A DNA stretch of 64,000 nucleotides from Octopus vulgaris (GCA_951406725.2 OX597815.1:10602001-10666000); one strand, 5' to 3'; counted from the first letter of the stretch, positions 38,440 through 52,103 are shown. Notes: generated by a model from the sequence alone, not told the origin. Numbers and translations: made by a program.

Positions 38440-38700
38440 AATCAATTTGAACAAAAGAATCAATCTAGTTTTCATTTTTCTTGAGCAGTTTAGGATCGTC
38501 TATGAACAAAAGATGCTTTAATTTCGATTGCTTGTTTTCTATCAATACCCAGCTCCTAGTTTTCGTTACGCCAACGTCATCAGTATCATGTATAATGCAA
38601 ACAAGGGCGACGTACAATCAACTTGAAAGATCTCTCGTTTTATCTATCTTCTCAAAGTACATCTCCTTACGTTATCAATTCAATTTTCCATAAGTGCATA
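38440..38700 (-). mobile_element. R4/Dong-type RT fragment
   Basis: IKREIFQ.D..SPL and HRLFIDDPKL correspond to GIFQGDSLSPL and HLLFMDDLKL. Confidence 0.75.
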
Positions 38701-38703
38701 CTA

Positions 38704-39690
38704 CAGGAATCGAGAGGTATTTGAGGACATATTTAGTAATTTAATAAAATAACTTTAATTTAGCAAAAACCAAATATATTTTAATGAAAATTTGTGCATG
38801 TGTTCTCAATGCGAGGCTGAAATTATTGACATACCTGAACTAAATGGTCTTTATTCATTTCGGACATCACCTGGACAACAGCTATCTTCAGTGAAGCTAT
38901 GGCATTGAGAGGATGTCGATTAGTCTCCGTTTCAAACGTAGTAATTCCAAAAATTCAAATCTGACGAGTTTGGAGGCCACAAGTCTGGTGTTACATATTC
39001 ATAAAAATTGTCTGATATCCATTTTGGGTTACGTGGGTTTTGTAAGGTTTTATTTAAGGTGCTGAGTCTTATTGAAATATGTATGGCCTTCTACTGAATA
39101 CTTCATCCATCCAGTGCCTATTAATTGTCTCCAGCACCTCAACGTATCCATTCTAAGAATTCTATAACCCTTTCAGAAGATGAAAGATGACGACTTTCAT
39201 AACTCACCACCCGCAAGCCATCATGGATGCTGGCAACTCTGGAGACATCAGAAAAATCTGTACATAACCATTTGTAGTTTCACCTCTTAGACTTCTAGTC
39301 TTGGTCGAAGTGCTTTTCATCAAACAAGAATCAAAGCATGCCATGGCCTTGAGGGTTTTTTATCTTGTTAAGTAACTACTTGGCATAGATCAAAGTTTTC
39401 ATGTGTCCCTTGCAGACAAAGAACAATGATCAAATGTCCTCGTGCACCACAGTTCTGATAATCTATTCCGACACCTGAAGTTCTTTGGCGATAGTTGTCA
39501 TTGATTTTATTTGGATTACCATCGATAAGGTTTTGAACCCATTAAACGAATTCTGGTGTCTTTATTGAATTCGAACATTTAGAACGTTTTTCTTAGAAAC
39601 AATTGAAGCATCATCGGCAGAGGATTCCGCTTCAATCCGATCTTCGTGTACCGAAGATTATGCAACATTTAGAAAGTTAGCAATTTCTAA
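38704..39690 (-). pseudogene. DD37D/maT-type transposase relic
   Basis: SDNFYEYVTPDLWPPNSSDLN..NYY...ETNRHP..SLKIAVVQVMSEMNKDHL. Confidence 0.75.
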
Positions 39691-40698
39691 ATCGACTTAC
39701 ACCCTTCCACAAACTTGCTGGCCTTGTGCCAAAATTTGAAACCAATACTCATGCCAAACCCTTTTCGTTCATTTTTGTATATTGTACTCAATCATCTTCA
39801 TTAATTCTTAAATGTATGCAAATCTTTGTTATCTAGTTCTCTTAGAAGTGTTTCTAATTGTCTAACATCTGCAGCGTACAAGTTACCCGCATACAATTTA
39901 TTGTTAATTGTCAGGATTTTAGTTGCGGATAAAGGTGTCTGCTGAAAACAGTCCTCTTCTAATATGTGTCTGTATTTAGTGCTGAAGACACAGTTGTTCC
40001 CACATGGGCAATCCAACATTCTTTTTATACATTCTTTTCCTCGCAAAATATCTCACGTTTTCTGTGGGCCCTGTATTCGTTTCAATTTTGTTTCTATCAG
40101 ATTCTTTGTAAACTCCTGAGTTGGAGTCGAACTGTCTGAAATATTCAATGAAGTGATTATGTTTTTATTTTCTCTTACCAAAGACGAATTATACACCATT
40201 TAATGAGAAGCTTTTGTATTTAGGCATTTTTTTCATCAAATCATTAGTGATTCTTGATTTATTATGTTGTACATCTAAAATGTTTCTTTCTCTACTTGAT
40301 ATTGATTGCATTAAGAATTAAAAAACCCTTTCTTTATTTTCTATAGTTTAGTGTGATTTTATTTTCAGCGTCTTTTTTATGGGTTTTTCGTGTTCGCTTG
40401 TAAATACTTTTCAGGAAGTATCCATTTTCCTGTGTCACAATTGTGGCTGCTGCATAAATTTTTTAGTATTTCCCAGTGACATTAATGTTCGAATCTACTT
40501 CTAGTCTGTCTATGATGGGTCACTTTGTATGTGTGTGTGTATGTGAGCGCGCGTGCGTATGTATACGTTAGTGCGTGTGCACGCGCATATGTATAGCTAT
40601 GTATGTATGTACGTAAGTATATATATATATTCATATATATGTGTATACACACACATATATGTACATACTAACACAGACAGACCGACACAAACATATTT

Positions 40699-40754
<56 letters not shown>

Positions 40755-40876
40755 CTTCATTATAGATATAGGGTGAAAAATTATTAATGTATAATTAATA
40801 AATTTCACCAAGTAGTTTCGGTATGGAAAAGAACTATATCCGGTAAAAACTTATACAAGACGTTATATATATATAC

Positions 40877-40959
<83 letters not shown>

Positions 40960-41133
40960 TGTCTATATATATGTATGTATATATATATATATATATGCAT
41001 ATATATATATATATATACAATTTAAAAATAGGATAAAATCATTAAAATAAATTATCAATTATTTAGCTTTAAAAACCTCATAAGGGATAAATTTATTAAT
41101 TATTCCCTTTAAATGTATTTATTTATTTTAAGG

Positions 41134-41542
41134 GGCGCAGGCGTGGCTGTGTTGTAAGTAGTTTGGTTCCCAACATGGATTCTGGTTCAGTCCCACTGCG
41201 TGGCACCTTGGGCAAGTGTCTTCTACTATAGCCTCGGGCCAACCAAAGCCTTGTCAGTGAATTTGATAGGCGAACACTGAAAAAAGCCTGTCGTATATAT
41301 AAATGTGTATATATTTATGTGTATGTGTCTGTGCTTGTCCCCCTCTATTGCTTGACAACCGATGCTGCTGTGTTTATGTCGCTAACTAAACCTTGCTATA
41401 TTTATGTCAGCGTAACTTAGTCGTTCGACAAAAAAAATCGATAGAGAAGTACTATGGGTCGATTTCTTCGACTAAAAACAGCTTAAGGTGGTGCTCTAAC
41501 ATGGCTGCAGTCAAATGACTGAAACAAGTACAAGAATAAAAG

Positions 41543-41584
<42 letters not shown>

Positions 41585-41940
41585 CAGGAGTGGCTGTGAG
41601 GTAAGTAGCTTGCTTATCAACCACATGGTGTCTTCTATTATAGCCTCGGGCTGACCAAAGCCTTGTGAGTGGATTTGGTAGACAGAAACTGAAAGAAGCC
41701 CGTCGTATATATGTATATATATATATATGTATGTGTGTGTATATGTTTGTGTGTCTGTGTTTGTCCCCCCAACATCGCTTGACAACCGATGCTGGTGTGT
41801 TTACGTCCCCCGTAACTTAGCGGTTCGACAAAAGAGACCATTAGGATAAGTACTAGGCTTACAAAGAATAAGTCCTGAGGAAGATTTGCTCGACTAAAGG
41901 CGGTGCTCCAGCATGGCCGCACTGAAACAACCAAAAGAGT
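41134..41940 (+). mobile_element. Two tandem SINE family A copies
   Basis: 41134-41542 and 41583-41940. Confidence 0.88.
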
Positions 41941-41956
41941 ATATATATATACATAC

Positions 41957-42039
<83 letters not shown>

Positions 42040-42097
42040 GTAGTTGTAGTAAAATCGATAACAAGAGTTCAGTGAACTTGTAGCAATGTGTGGAAAA

Positions 42098-42131
42098 TCT
42101 AACGTTTCGGACAATGTCCTTCTCCAGGGAA
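42098..42131 (-). ncRNA. Degenerate hammerhead motif
   Basis: CTGGAGA-A-GGACA(T)TGTCC-GAA-ACGT-T next to (TA)n; stem I weak. Confidence 0.5.
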
Positions 42132-42351
42132 AAGTTCAAAGGAGAGAAATTAATGAGAAACAACAGAGGTGTACGTCCTCAAAGTTAAGAAGAACTGGCG
42201 GCGACTTCATCATATATTTGCAAGCGCGTGTTTGTGCTTGTGTATTTATAATCTTGCATATATGTCTGCATGCATGTATACACACACACACATATCCAAC
42301 CTTCCATACATACATACTTCCATCCATATATATATATATGGATGTATGTGT

Positions 42352-42850
<499 letters not shown>

Positions 42851-43877
42851 ATAATAAAGAATATATATACACACAAACATACATACACACATACTTCCAT
42901 AAATATATTTTTTTTTCTATTTTATGATTAATCACTTGTGTTTTTTTTATTCTGTTTAATTTTTTTTTTTTTTTTTCTGTCCACGAGAAAATATTCTATT
43001 GATAGAAATCTTAAGCTATTTCCATTTTTAGACTATTGGCTATATTTACAATCTCCATGATTACGATTTTCTTTCAGATTATTTTTTTTTCCCTCTTATT
43101 TACGTTTCATTACATTTTCCTCTCTGCGTCTCTTCTTCGTCATCTGTTCCATGCAGTATTCTTTAGGTGTTCTACAGTTTAACATGTTCTTATTTATTGT
43201 TGCTTTCTAAGTACTAAGCTTGTCTTCGCGGTTTACTTATGCCTATAACGTTAATATGATTATTTTCGCTATTTATATTCTTCATGTTTCTAAAGATCTA
43301 TATCTATCCTGATATTTTCGTTTTAATTATGTACTCTTAATTAACAAATCTATTGACATCTAAAAGACATTTCTAAATCGGCAAAATTAGCAGTAGTATC
43401 AACAGCTCTGGTAATGCTCACCATCATCGTCATCATTACCACTAACGGCAGCTTTATTAGCAGCTGTAGTAGTTTCTATTAGAACGACGTATTAGCAAAT
43501 TCATTAGAGTGTCGGAAAAAATTACTTGGTATTTTCTACGACTCTTCTACATTTCCGCAGTTACCATTGTTTTTCCTCTTCTTGTACTTGTTAATATAAA
43601 GTTCCATTCAAAGTACTGGGGTCGGTGGTATCGATTAAGCTCTTTTCCCCCAAATTTCTGGCGTTGTACCGAAGTTAGAAACCATTTCAAAGGCAGAATC
43701 CTTTATATGTCTTGCGGTAGTTGTTCTGGCTTTTTGCGTTCCAAGTTCAAATTCTGACGAGATAATCTTTGTCTTTCATCCCTGCCGATCAATAAAATAA
43801 AGTAACGGTCAAGTGCCGGGGTCGATCGTATCGCCTAGCACTTTTCTTCTGCTGTCCTTGTGTCTAAATTAAAAATA

Positions 43878-44947
43878 CATGGGCGAGTCCAAAATTAAAC
43901 TCTCTCTCGTTTCTGTAATTTATTAAAACAAAAGCAGGGGTACAACAATTAAATCCATTTTCGACATAGTCTCCTTGCTTTTCGATGCACTTCCATCGGT
44001 CCACAGGTTTGGTTGTTCCATCGAAGAAGAAGCTTTTCACTGGTCGCGCAATCATTTATGACCGCTTCTTGCGCTTCTTCGTTCGTAGCAAATCCACGAA
44101 CTTGTGAATGATATTTGAGCGGTCCAAGAGGTGATAGTCGGAAGTAGCAAGATGTAGACTGTATGCAAGGAACTCCAGTAATTCGAAACCCAATTTTCCA
44201 GCGATTTCAATGCTGTAAGAGGCTATATATGGGCGTGTATTACCATGCAACAATAACACTTGCTTTGTCAATAGACCTTAGCGCTTAGCTCAAATTTCTG
44301 TTTTCAGTTTGTTAACCATCCTTTCACTTTAGCCTACACTGGTGTACGTAGAAACCTTCTCCAGGTAATATTCCAACATAGCCCCTTTTGCCTTCTTTAA
44401 AACGGATAGCGACACTTTTTCTGCGGAAAGTTGGGGCTTCAATTTCTTATTCACTGGTGATTCCGGGTGTCTCCACTCCGTACTCTGCTTTTTGGATTCT
44501 GGTTCAAAGTGACGGACCCAAATCATTCGTCGGTTCACCAGAACCATATCCGGCGGCACAGTTGTAGTAGTTGATGGGCATCACCCTCCCTCCTCGGGCT
44601 TAACGCTTTTCATGCCATTTTAAAACTTCTCGATCCATTCATACACACTTGAACGCGGTTGAGTACTGTCCTCTTAATGTACTTAAAGCCTGCGATCACT
44701 TTCAGCTCCTGACACACCTTCAAACTAGAGAATTTGGATTACTGATCTCTGTTCTTCCTTGGTGCACACAGCCGGTGGAGCGGTCATGTTTATTCTGTAT
44801 CACAAGAAAGCAAAGTGAGGCGATCAAAGTCAAGCCTCGGTTATGCAACCACAAGAGTACCACCTTGTAGCACGCGAGCGCTGGAAGTAGTGCGCCAACC
44901 TAAAGAAAGTTTCAGCGCAAGGGCAGATAATGTTTGACTACCCCGAG
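43878..44947 (-). mobile_element. Mariner (DD34D-type) transposon, decayed
   Basis: WVRHFEPESKKQSTEWRHPESP, LLLHGNTRPY, LAYSLHLATSDYHL and RWKCIEKQGDYVE motifs; degenerate TIRs with TA flanks. Confidence 0.9.
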
Positions 44948-44949
44948 TA

Positions 44950-45725
44950 CTTACTATTATTGTTGTTGTCGCGCGTTTCTACCTCGTCACCACGAACATG
45001 TCCATGTTCCCGGGGTGTGTGAAGCATAGCGTTTTTGGTAATTTGCAAACCGCAATGGGTTATACTACATCGATTTTCCTTTTGTTTTGAAGCTGACTTC
45101 TTTTTATGGTGCCGGCTCCTGTTGGGTAAGATATGTACTGTGTTTGTTGCGATGTCCTGTTGAGGGGTAAACTGTTTCGTACATGTGTGATTGCTCTTAT
45201 GCATTTCAGTGTCAAAAAGCTATTGTGTTCAGTTGGTGGAATGTAATTTGTGTGGCCTTAATCTGTTTCGCCTGCGTAAAATATAAGCAGTTGGGTCGTG
45301 TTCTAATATTTCACCTTAGGTACTGCTTTACTTTCTTGGTGCACGTCGTGTTTATTTCCATTTCAAGATCCATGTACTTGGATAGTTTCTCCACTTTCTT
45401 TCATGCAATGTTTTAATGAGAGCAGTTCGAGGATATGTCTCTCAGAGAGCATATCTATTCTTTTTCGTCCTTGATGATAACATTCGAACGATTTAACCAG
45501 TTTGTATAAGTATATCCCAGATGATTGAATCTTGGTCGTTGTCTTGTATCGTTCTTACTTTGTGAATATATTATTTCTGGTCTGTTTTTCACACCAAAGT
45601 GCTGGCACATTGCCCAAAGGACATAGCTACCAGGTCAACTGTGTTTGTTTGGCTTTGGCAAGGTTTGGACAGCAGGAGATGAAGTAGCCAACCGTTTCAC
45701 TATACTGGTTGCATAGTGTGTGTGT
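44950..45725 (-). mobile_element. R4/Dong-type LINE 3' fragment (zinc knuckle + RLE)
   Basis: LCNQYSETVGYFISCCPNLA...IIWDILIQT...KVEKLSKYMDLEMEI. Confidence 0.75.
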
Positions 45726-45889
45726 CAATGTCTTCTATTATTATTATTGTTGTTGTGGTTGTTGTCGTTATTTTCTTGTCTCTTTTCTCCATTCTCCATT
45801 TTTGTTCAACCCCTTGCCGAGTTAATACCTACAACATAGAACAAGAGAAAGTAAGTGATTAAATCCTTTCCACTGCCTAAATAGGAGTT

Positions 45890-46355
45890 TCTTCTTCTGT
45901 TTCTTCTTCTTCTCCTTCTTCTTTCTTCTTTCTTCTTCTTTCTTCTTTCTTCTTCTTCTTTTTCTTCTTCCTCCTCCTCTTCTTCTTCCTCTCCTTCTTT
46001 TTCTCCTTCTCCTCCTTCTCCTCCCTCTTCTTCTTCTTCTTCTTCTTCTTCTTCTTCCTCCTCCTCCTCCTCCTGTTCTTCTTCTTCTCCTTCTTTTTCT
46101 TCTTATCCTCCCTCTTCCTCTTCTTCTTCTTCTGCTTCCTCCTCCTCCTCCTCCTGTTCTTCTTCTTCTCCTTCTTTTTCTTCTTATCCTCCCTCTTCTT
46201 CTTCTTCTTCTTCTTCTCCTTCCTCCTCCTCCTGTTCTTCTTCTTCTCCTTCTTTTTCTTCTTATCCTCCCTCTTCTTCTTCTTCTTCTTCTTCTCCTTC
46301 CTCTTCTTCTTCCTCTTCTTCTTCTTCTTCCTCTTCTTCTTCTTCCTCTTCTTCT

Positions 46356-46387
<32 letters not shown>

Positions 46388-46418
46388 TTCTTCTTCTCCT
46401 TCCTCTTCTTCTTTTTCT

Positions 46419-46453
<35 letters not shown>

Positions 46454-46666
46454 CTCCTCCTCTTCTTCTTCCTCCTCCTCCTCCTCTTCTTCTTCTTCTT
46501 CTTCTTCTTCTTTTTCTTCTTCTTCTTCCTTTTCTCCTCCTCCTCCTCCTCCTCCTTCTTCTTCTTCTTCTTCTTCCTTTTCTTCTTCCTCTCCTTCTTT
46601 TTCTCCTTCTCCTCCCTCTTCTTCTTCTTCTTCTTCTTCTTCTTCTTCTTCTTCTTTTTCTCCTTC
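45890..46666. repeat. (CTT/CTC)n polypyrimidine tract with ~80-bp higher-order units
   Basis: CCTGTTCTTCTTCTTCTCCTTCTTTTTCTTCTTATCCTCCC occurs three times. Confidence 0.95.
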
Positions 46667-48121
46667 GTTATTATAATTATTGCTGTTGTTACTGCTGTTA
46701 CCATAAGTATTATATAAGAGCCAGTGCGTTGTCTTTGTTTCAGTACACTCTCTACAGAAGTTGTTATTTTGCATCTATATTGTAGACATTGTAGATAACT
46801 CCTTCGATTTGTCTAATAGTGTAAGGTTTGTCTCAGTAAATATCGTTGCTTCTGTTCTCTCATTCCAACTGGATGCATTTCGTTCTTGAAAGTATTGGCT
46901 ACGCAAATGCCTGTCTTTTTAGTTATTCATCTTGATCTAATAATTTAACTTCTTTGACCAAAACTCGCCCTTATAGCACATTTACTCCCTCGGCAGAACG
47001 TTTTGCCTTTCACCGAATACGGATAATTTCGGACCTGAAAAAATACATCATCTTCGTAATTTTAAAGAGTCAGCGTTGTGGCTTTGTATTTACTTAATTT
47101 TCGAAATCATATGACAAATGGTTTCGCATGTTTCCAACGAACTGTAGCCAATTGTGCATCTGCATCTCCATCAACATTAAGCGATTCAAGACAACGTAAG
47201 ACTTTGTTACAGAACGGCATAAGTTCTAATTTCTAACCTGACATTTTTATATTTTAAATCTCACTTTTGTGTTTTATATGATTTATATAGACAATCGGCT
47301 TCTGATTAATTACTAGCTAAATCTTGTATCTAAAATAAACTTGATCCAGTTATTGATATCCTCAATTACTGTATAAGCCTCTTTTCTTAAATGAGCAAAG
47401 TTATTTCTCGGTAGAATTTATTAATTGAAAATAGACTGCAACGAGCGCCTTATTTTGATTATGAATAGCCCCGACGGTGGTCGCGTTGGAGCTCGTGTCA
47501 ATAGTAAAGGACATATACACATCTACTTTAACCTTAAAAGATTCAGTTTGTAATTCACTGAATGCAATTGCCTTCGAAAGTGAAAACTGGGTATTAATTA
47601 GAGATCTTGTTTTTTTTTTCTTTCGGAGAAGAGAAGAACCCAAGAACAAACCTATTATACAAAATAAGGATTGTTTATGAGTAGGCTGTAGCAATTTTTT
47701 GTGGCGGGTCAAGCTGCAATTCATTAAGGCTCATCTGATAACCTAGAACCGTTATTCAGCTTCATATTAGATTGATGAACAATTTATAAGAATTTAGATT
47801 ATCTTTTGTTCAGTTATAGACCTTTTTCATACCACATTTTATAAACGTTATCTCAAAGACATATGTGCTTTATACTTCGTTTTCACGAATAAGATTGGTT
47901 ACAATTCGTTGGAAACATGCAAAACCATTTATAAAACCGAAGACATTTAACTTAAGTTAACTACCTGTCTTAAAAGAAGTAAACACTTTATCATAACACA
48001 ACACAGTAGTATGTGCTACATAGGTTGATACTACTTGATAGTACCAAATAACTTGTAAGAAAATATTTTGTTAACAAAGTCGTCTATGTTGGGAAGCCGG
48101 TGAGCATCTAAGTTACTGGCT

Positions 48122-48622
48122 TTTTTTTATTTTATTTTATTTTATTTAGTTTCAGCTCACAAGCTGTGGCCATGCTGGGGCATCGCCATTTGGTGTTGCT
48201 ACATGATTTTACTTCACGAATGCTTTTTAGCAAATGCCATCTGGTGCATGAGAGAGTTCGATGCAGCTGCCCTCATCTGCACCTCCTGCTGTGAAGTTGG
48301 TTCATCTGGGACACCTGACAAGAAGAGATCCAGTTTCATTTTTAAATACATCTGCATCCACCCCATGCAGGTCTCTTAGGTTCTTCGGGAGGATATTGAA
48401 GAACTGTGGGCCTCGGAAGCCCAGGCTATCACAGTATCTTGTCCTACAACTTGATGGCAAATTTGGAGTCCTTGGCACTATGCAGTGGCGCCCAGTTCTG
48501 GCATTTGTGTAACTCTCAATGCCAAAGTTTGGGACAAGTCCTTCTAGGATCTTCCAGGTGTATATTATGGCATATCTTTCTCGCCTACGCTCTAAGGAAT
48601 AGAGTCTCAATCTCTTGAGTCT
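48122..48622 (-). mobile_element. CR1/L2-type LINE 3' fragment
   Basis: LRLYSLERRRERYAIIYTWKILEGLVPN...RGPQFFNILPKNLR; tail CCCCAGCATGGCCACAGC..GCTGAAAC. Confidence 0.9.
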
Positions 48623-49192
48623 TTATTAATATTACTACTAACTTCTTGTTTTGGTATTACCGTGAACAACATGTAGTTGTGCTCATCAGAGTGAGTTATT
48701 TGGCTCAACAATGACTTCTTTGCGCACACTAATCCTTTTCCGTTGGAACAAATTCAACACCAAGAGATTTAGATGTTATGGAATTTCATAATTACAGACT
48801 TAAAATCTGGGCCGATCGATTTTTAGTGAGGCTAAAGAGTAACGTTGGTAGGGAGGCTCTGAATTTTACCTTAAAAGACGAATGTTTGCTCAGAAAAGAA
48901 ATAGCAAAAATAGGGTCTGTGTAGTAGTCAGGTAGTATGAGGCTGTATTTTGCTTGTATAGTTGATCTTTTACCTTTAGCTCTTCACAATATATTTTGAC
49001 TGGCGAAGTCCAATCAATTGACCCATCGATAACATGATATCTTAGATATTTAATAGGCACCTTGAGGTTATGTACAACAGATTCAGAGATGAAAAGTTTG
49101 AAATTACCTGCATCAACGAACATTTTTGTGATGTTTAATAAATTCGGTTAAGTCTATGAGAGAGACTTACAACTCAGACGGTATAGAGATTA

Positions 49193-49780
49193 GTGGAGGC
49201 GCAATGGCCCAGTGGTTAGGGTAGCGGACTCGCGGTCGGAGGATCGCGGTTTCGATTCCCAGACCGGGCGTTGTGTGTGCTTATTGAGCGAAAACACCTA
49301 AAAGCTCAACGAGGCTCCGGCAGCGGGTGGTGGCGACCCCTGTTGTACTCTTTCAGAAAGGCGGCGAGCTGGCAGAAACGTTAGCACGCCGGGCGAAATG
49401 CTTAGTGGTATTTCGTCTGCCGTTACGTTCTGAGTTCAAATTCCGCCGAGTACAAATTCCGCCTTTCATCCTTTGCCTTTCATCGATAAATTAAGTACCA
49501 GTTACACACTGGGGTTGATATAATCGATTTAATCCGTTTTGTCTGTCCTTGTTTGTCCCCTCTGTGTTTAGCCCCTTGTGGGTAGTAAAGAAATAGGTAT
49601 TTCGTCTGCCGCTACATTCTGAGTTCAAATTCCGGCGAGGTCGACTTTGCCTTTCATCCTTTCGGGGTTGATTAAATAAGTACCAGTTACGCACTGGGGT
49701 CGATGTAATCGACTTAATCCGTTTTGTATGTCCTTGTTTGTCCCCTCTTTGTTTAGCCCCTTGTGGGCAGTAAAGAAATA
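49193..49780 (+). mobile_element. Composite SINE C head + SINE B (2 bodies)
   Basis: Family C 5' part to about 49355 then family B; whole flanked by GGTATAGAGAT (49180-49190, 49781-49791). Confidence 0.85.
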
Positions 49781-49972
49781 GGTATAGAGATAAGTGTCGT
49801 AAAGAGAACAGAAGCGCTCGTTAATTCTTCCCGTGATCTACAAATTTTTGGAAGGTGTCTGAGTTACTCTTGAAACAATCAGTATTACTGTTGGTTATGT
49901 TGTATGATCACGTCGCAGAAAATTCTGGCTTGAGGCGTTACCGAAGATCGTGTACTCATAGTTTTAAACATA

Positions 49973-50415
49973 TCCTTAAATCCTTAAATCCTTAAAAATG
50001 TTTTAGCCCGAAGGCCGCGGCCATGCTGGGGCACCACCGCTGAATGAGCTACACTAGTTTGTGAATCCACCTCTGATACGTGGCACTTGATCAACAAGGG
50101 AGTTCGATGCTGCTGCCCGCATCCGTGTCTCCTGTCGTGAGGTAGGTTCATCTGGGACTCCCAACAAGAAGAGATCCAGTTTAGTTTTAAAGAAACCCAC
50201 ATCCACACCATGTAAGTCTCTCAGGCATTTAGGGAGGATGTTAAAGAGCTGTGGTCCTCTGAGACCCAAGCTGTTGCAGTATCTGGACCTGTATTTTGAT
50301 GGTGATGTTGGAATCCTTGGCACCACGCAGCGGCGCCCCGTTCTGCGGTTGGAGTAACTTTGAATGCCAAAGTTTGGGACAAGACCCTCCAGGATTTTCC
50401 AGATGTATATGTGTA
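49973..50415 (-). mobile_element. CR1/L2-type LINE 3' fragment
   Basis: IWKILEGLVPNFG..RGPQLFNILPKCLRDLHGVDVGFFKTKLDLFL; (TTAAGGAT)n tail. Confidence 0.9.
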
Positions 50416-51102
50416 CTCCTAAATATATTTTATTGTATAGACGTTACTATTTTGGAAATAAAATATTCTAGCCTAATCAGCTGGTCTTCATATATAGGTC
50501 GCCCGCATGGAGAACCTATGAACTGAATAATCATTAATTAGAAAGGTTACTCCAGGTATACACGTGTACGTGTTTGACTCTGTGTGTGTGTGCGTGTGTG
50601 TGAGAGTTTTATGAGAGATTGTGTGTCTGTACGAGCGTGCTTTAGCTTACACAATGTAACTGGTTAGTGTTAATATTTCTTGACATCGGAGGTCACAAAG
50701 GGTGCTGAAGTAGATGGCTGTATTTAGTTGCGTCCTGTTATGGTCTCATTTCAAGTCTAAACAAGATTAATTTTACCTTTCATCTAGGTTCTAGGTTTGC
50801 AAAAAAGTAAATGCTAATTATATACTGTGGTCGATTCATTTGACTATACTTTCCTTCAAAGTGTGTGAGAAATCATTGGTGCTGTTATTTTCGGGTTGGC
50901 GGAATAGTAAAATGGTAATGCTAGACCTAACGTCTTCTTACTGAGAGACGTCCATTTATACAAGGAGTGCGCATGCCGCTGGCGCCGACATCGTTCTTTC
51001 ATCTGTTCAGGTTCGATAAAATAGGTAGAACTCAGACATGCAAAACACCTACAGTATATCGATCTGTTATATAACAAATCATCACAAATTGTTGATTTTT
51101 GC

Positions 51103-51136
<34 letters not shown>

Positions 51137-51788
51137 GCTATTATTGCTGTTGCCTTTAGTGGATATTTAGCATTTTAGAAATATTAAACCAGGATTGTGT
51201 GGGACATGACATTTTATGATATAAAATGGTTGTTTCAAAATGCTAAAGATAATCCCACACAGCTGCAATGGCAATAAACCCAACAACAAAAACAAAAACA
51301 ACAACAACAACAACAACAACAAAAGCAATTACACTAACGACTGCAAGCGACTGCAACAGCAACAGCAACAACAGCATCAGCAACAACAACCTCAAAAACA
51401 GAAACAATAAAGACTTGTAAATAAGACAGCAGTGACTAATTTATTTACATATTTCTATTATATTAATTTTCCGGAAGATGTAGGGGCAATGTCCCTGACC
51501 TTTTGGATGGCCCTTCTAAACTGATTCTATGAACGCCTGTGGGCAAAACGTGTGCGCGCACTGACTGCACTGCTGAGCAGCAGCCAATACATTGAGGCCG
51601 ATGGCCGTCTACGCGGCGAAGGCGGAAAGACGACGACCACGTGTTAGGATTACACCTTAAACGCGCGCTGCCTCTTTGCAGAAATGGAGGCGAGTCTCTT
51701 TGAGTTTACTCGGACATTTTTTCTACTCTCTCACACATATTGACCGAAATACTCGAATGCACCAAATTGCAGGGTTGTTCTTAGTGAA

Positions 51789-51799
51789 TCATCATCATT

Positions 51800-51865
<66 letters not shown>

Positions 51866-51947
51866 GTCATTATCGTTACCATCATCATCATCGTTACCCT
51901 CATCATCATCATCGTCATTATCGTTACCATCATCATCGTCATCGTAG

Positions 51948-51987
<40 letters not shown>

Positions 51988-52021
51988 TATTATTATTATT
52001 ATTATTATTAACCTTATTATT

Positions 52022-52056
<35 letters not shown>

Positions 52057-52103
52057 CATTAATCATATTATTATTATCATTATTATCATTATTATTATCA
52101 TTA

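Larger units (their letters stand above)
46700..49970 (-). pseudogene. Possible fragmented leucine-rich-repeat (Toll-like ectodomain) pseudogene
   Basis: Frameshifted pieces LRHLPKIC..LISIPSEL*VSLIDL, LLNITKMFVDAGN, LRCLESLNVDG and MQNNNFCRECTETKTTHWLL; interrupted by SINE and CR1 insertions; no TIR domain seen. Confidence 0.3.

Noticed and set aside
39801-40046. 81-aa ORF MRGKECIKRMLDCPCGNNCVF...
   Set aside because: No recognisable domain, stop immediately upstream in frame, no clear splice sites; cannot support a gene call without a search.
40805-40845. Further hammerhead-like remnants (also about 18690-18730, 18955-18990 and 52196-52225)
   Set aside because: Only GAAAC plus partial stems remain; too decayed to call individually.
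45877-46774. Poly-Lys and poly-Glu ORFs
   Set aside because: (CTT/CTC)n tract.
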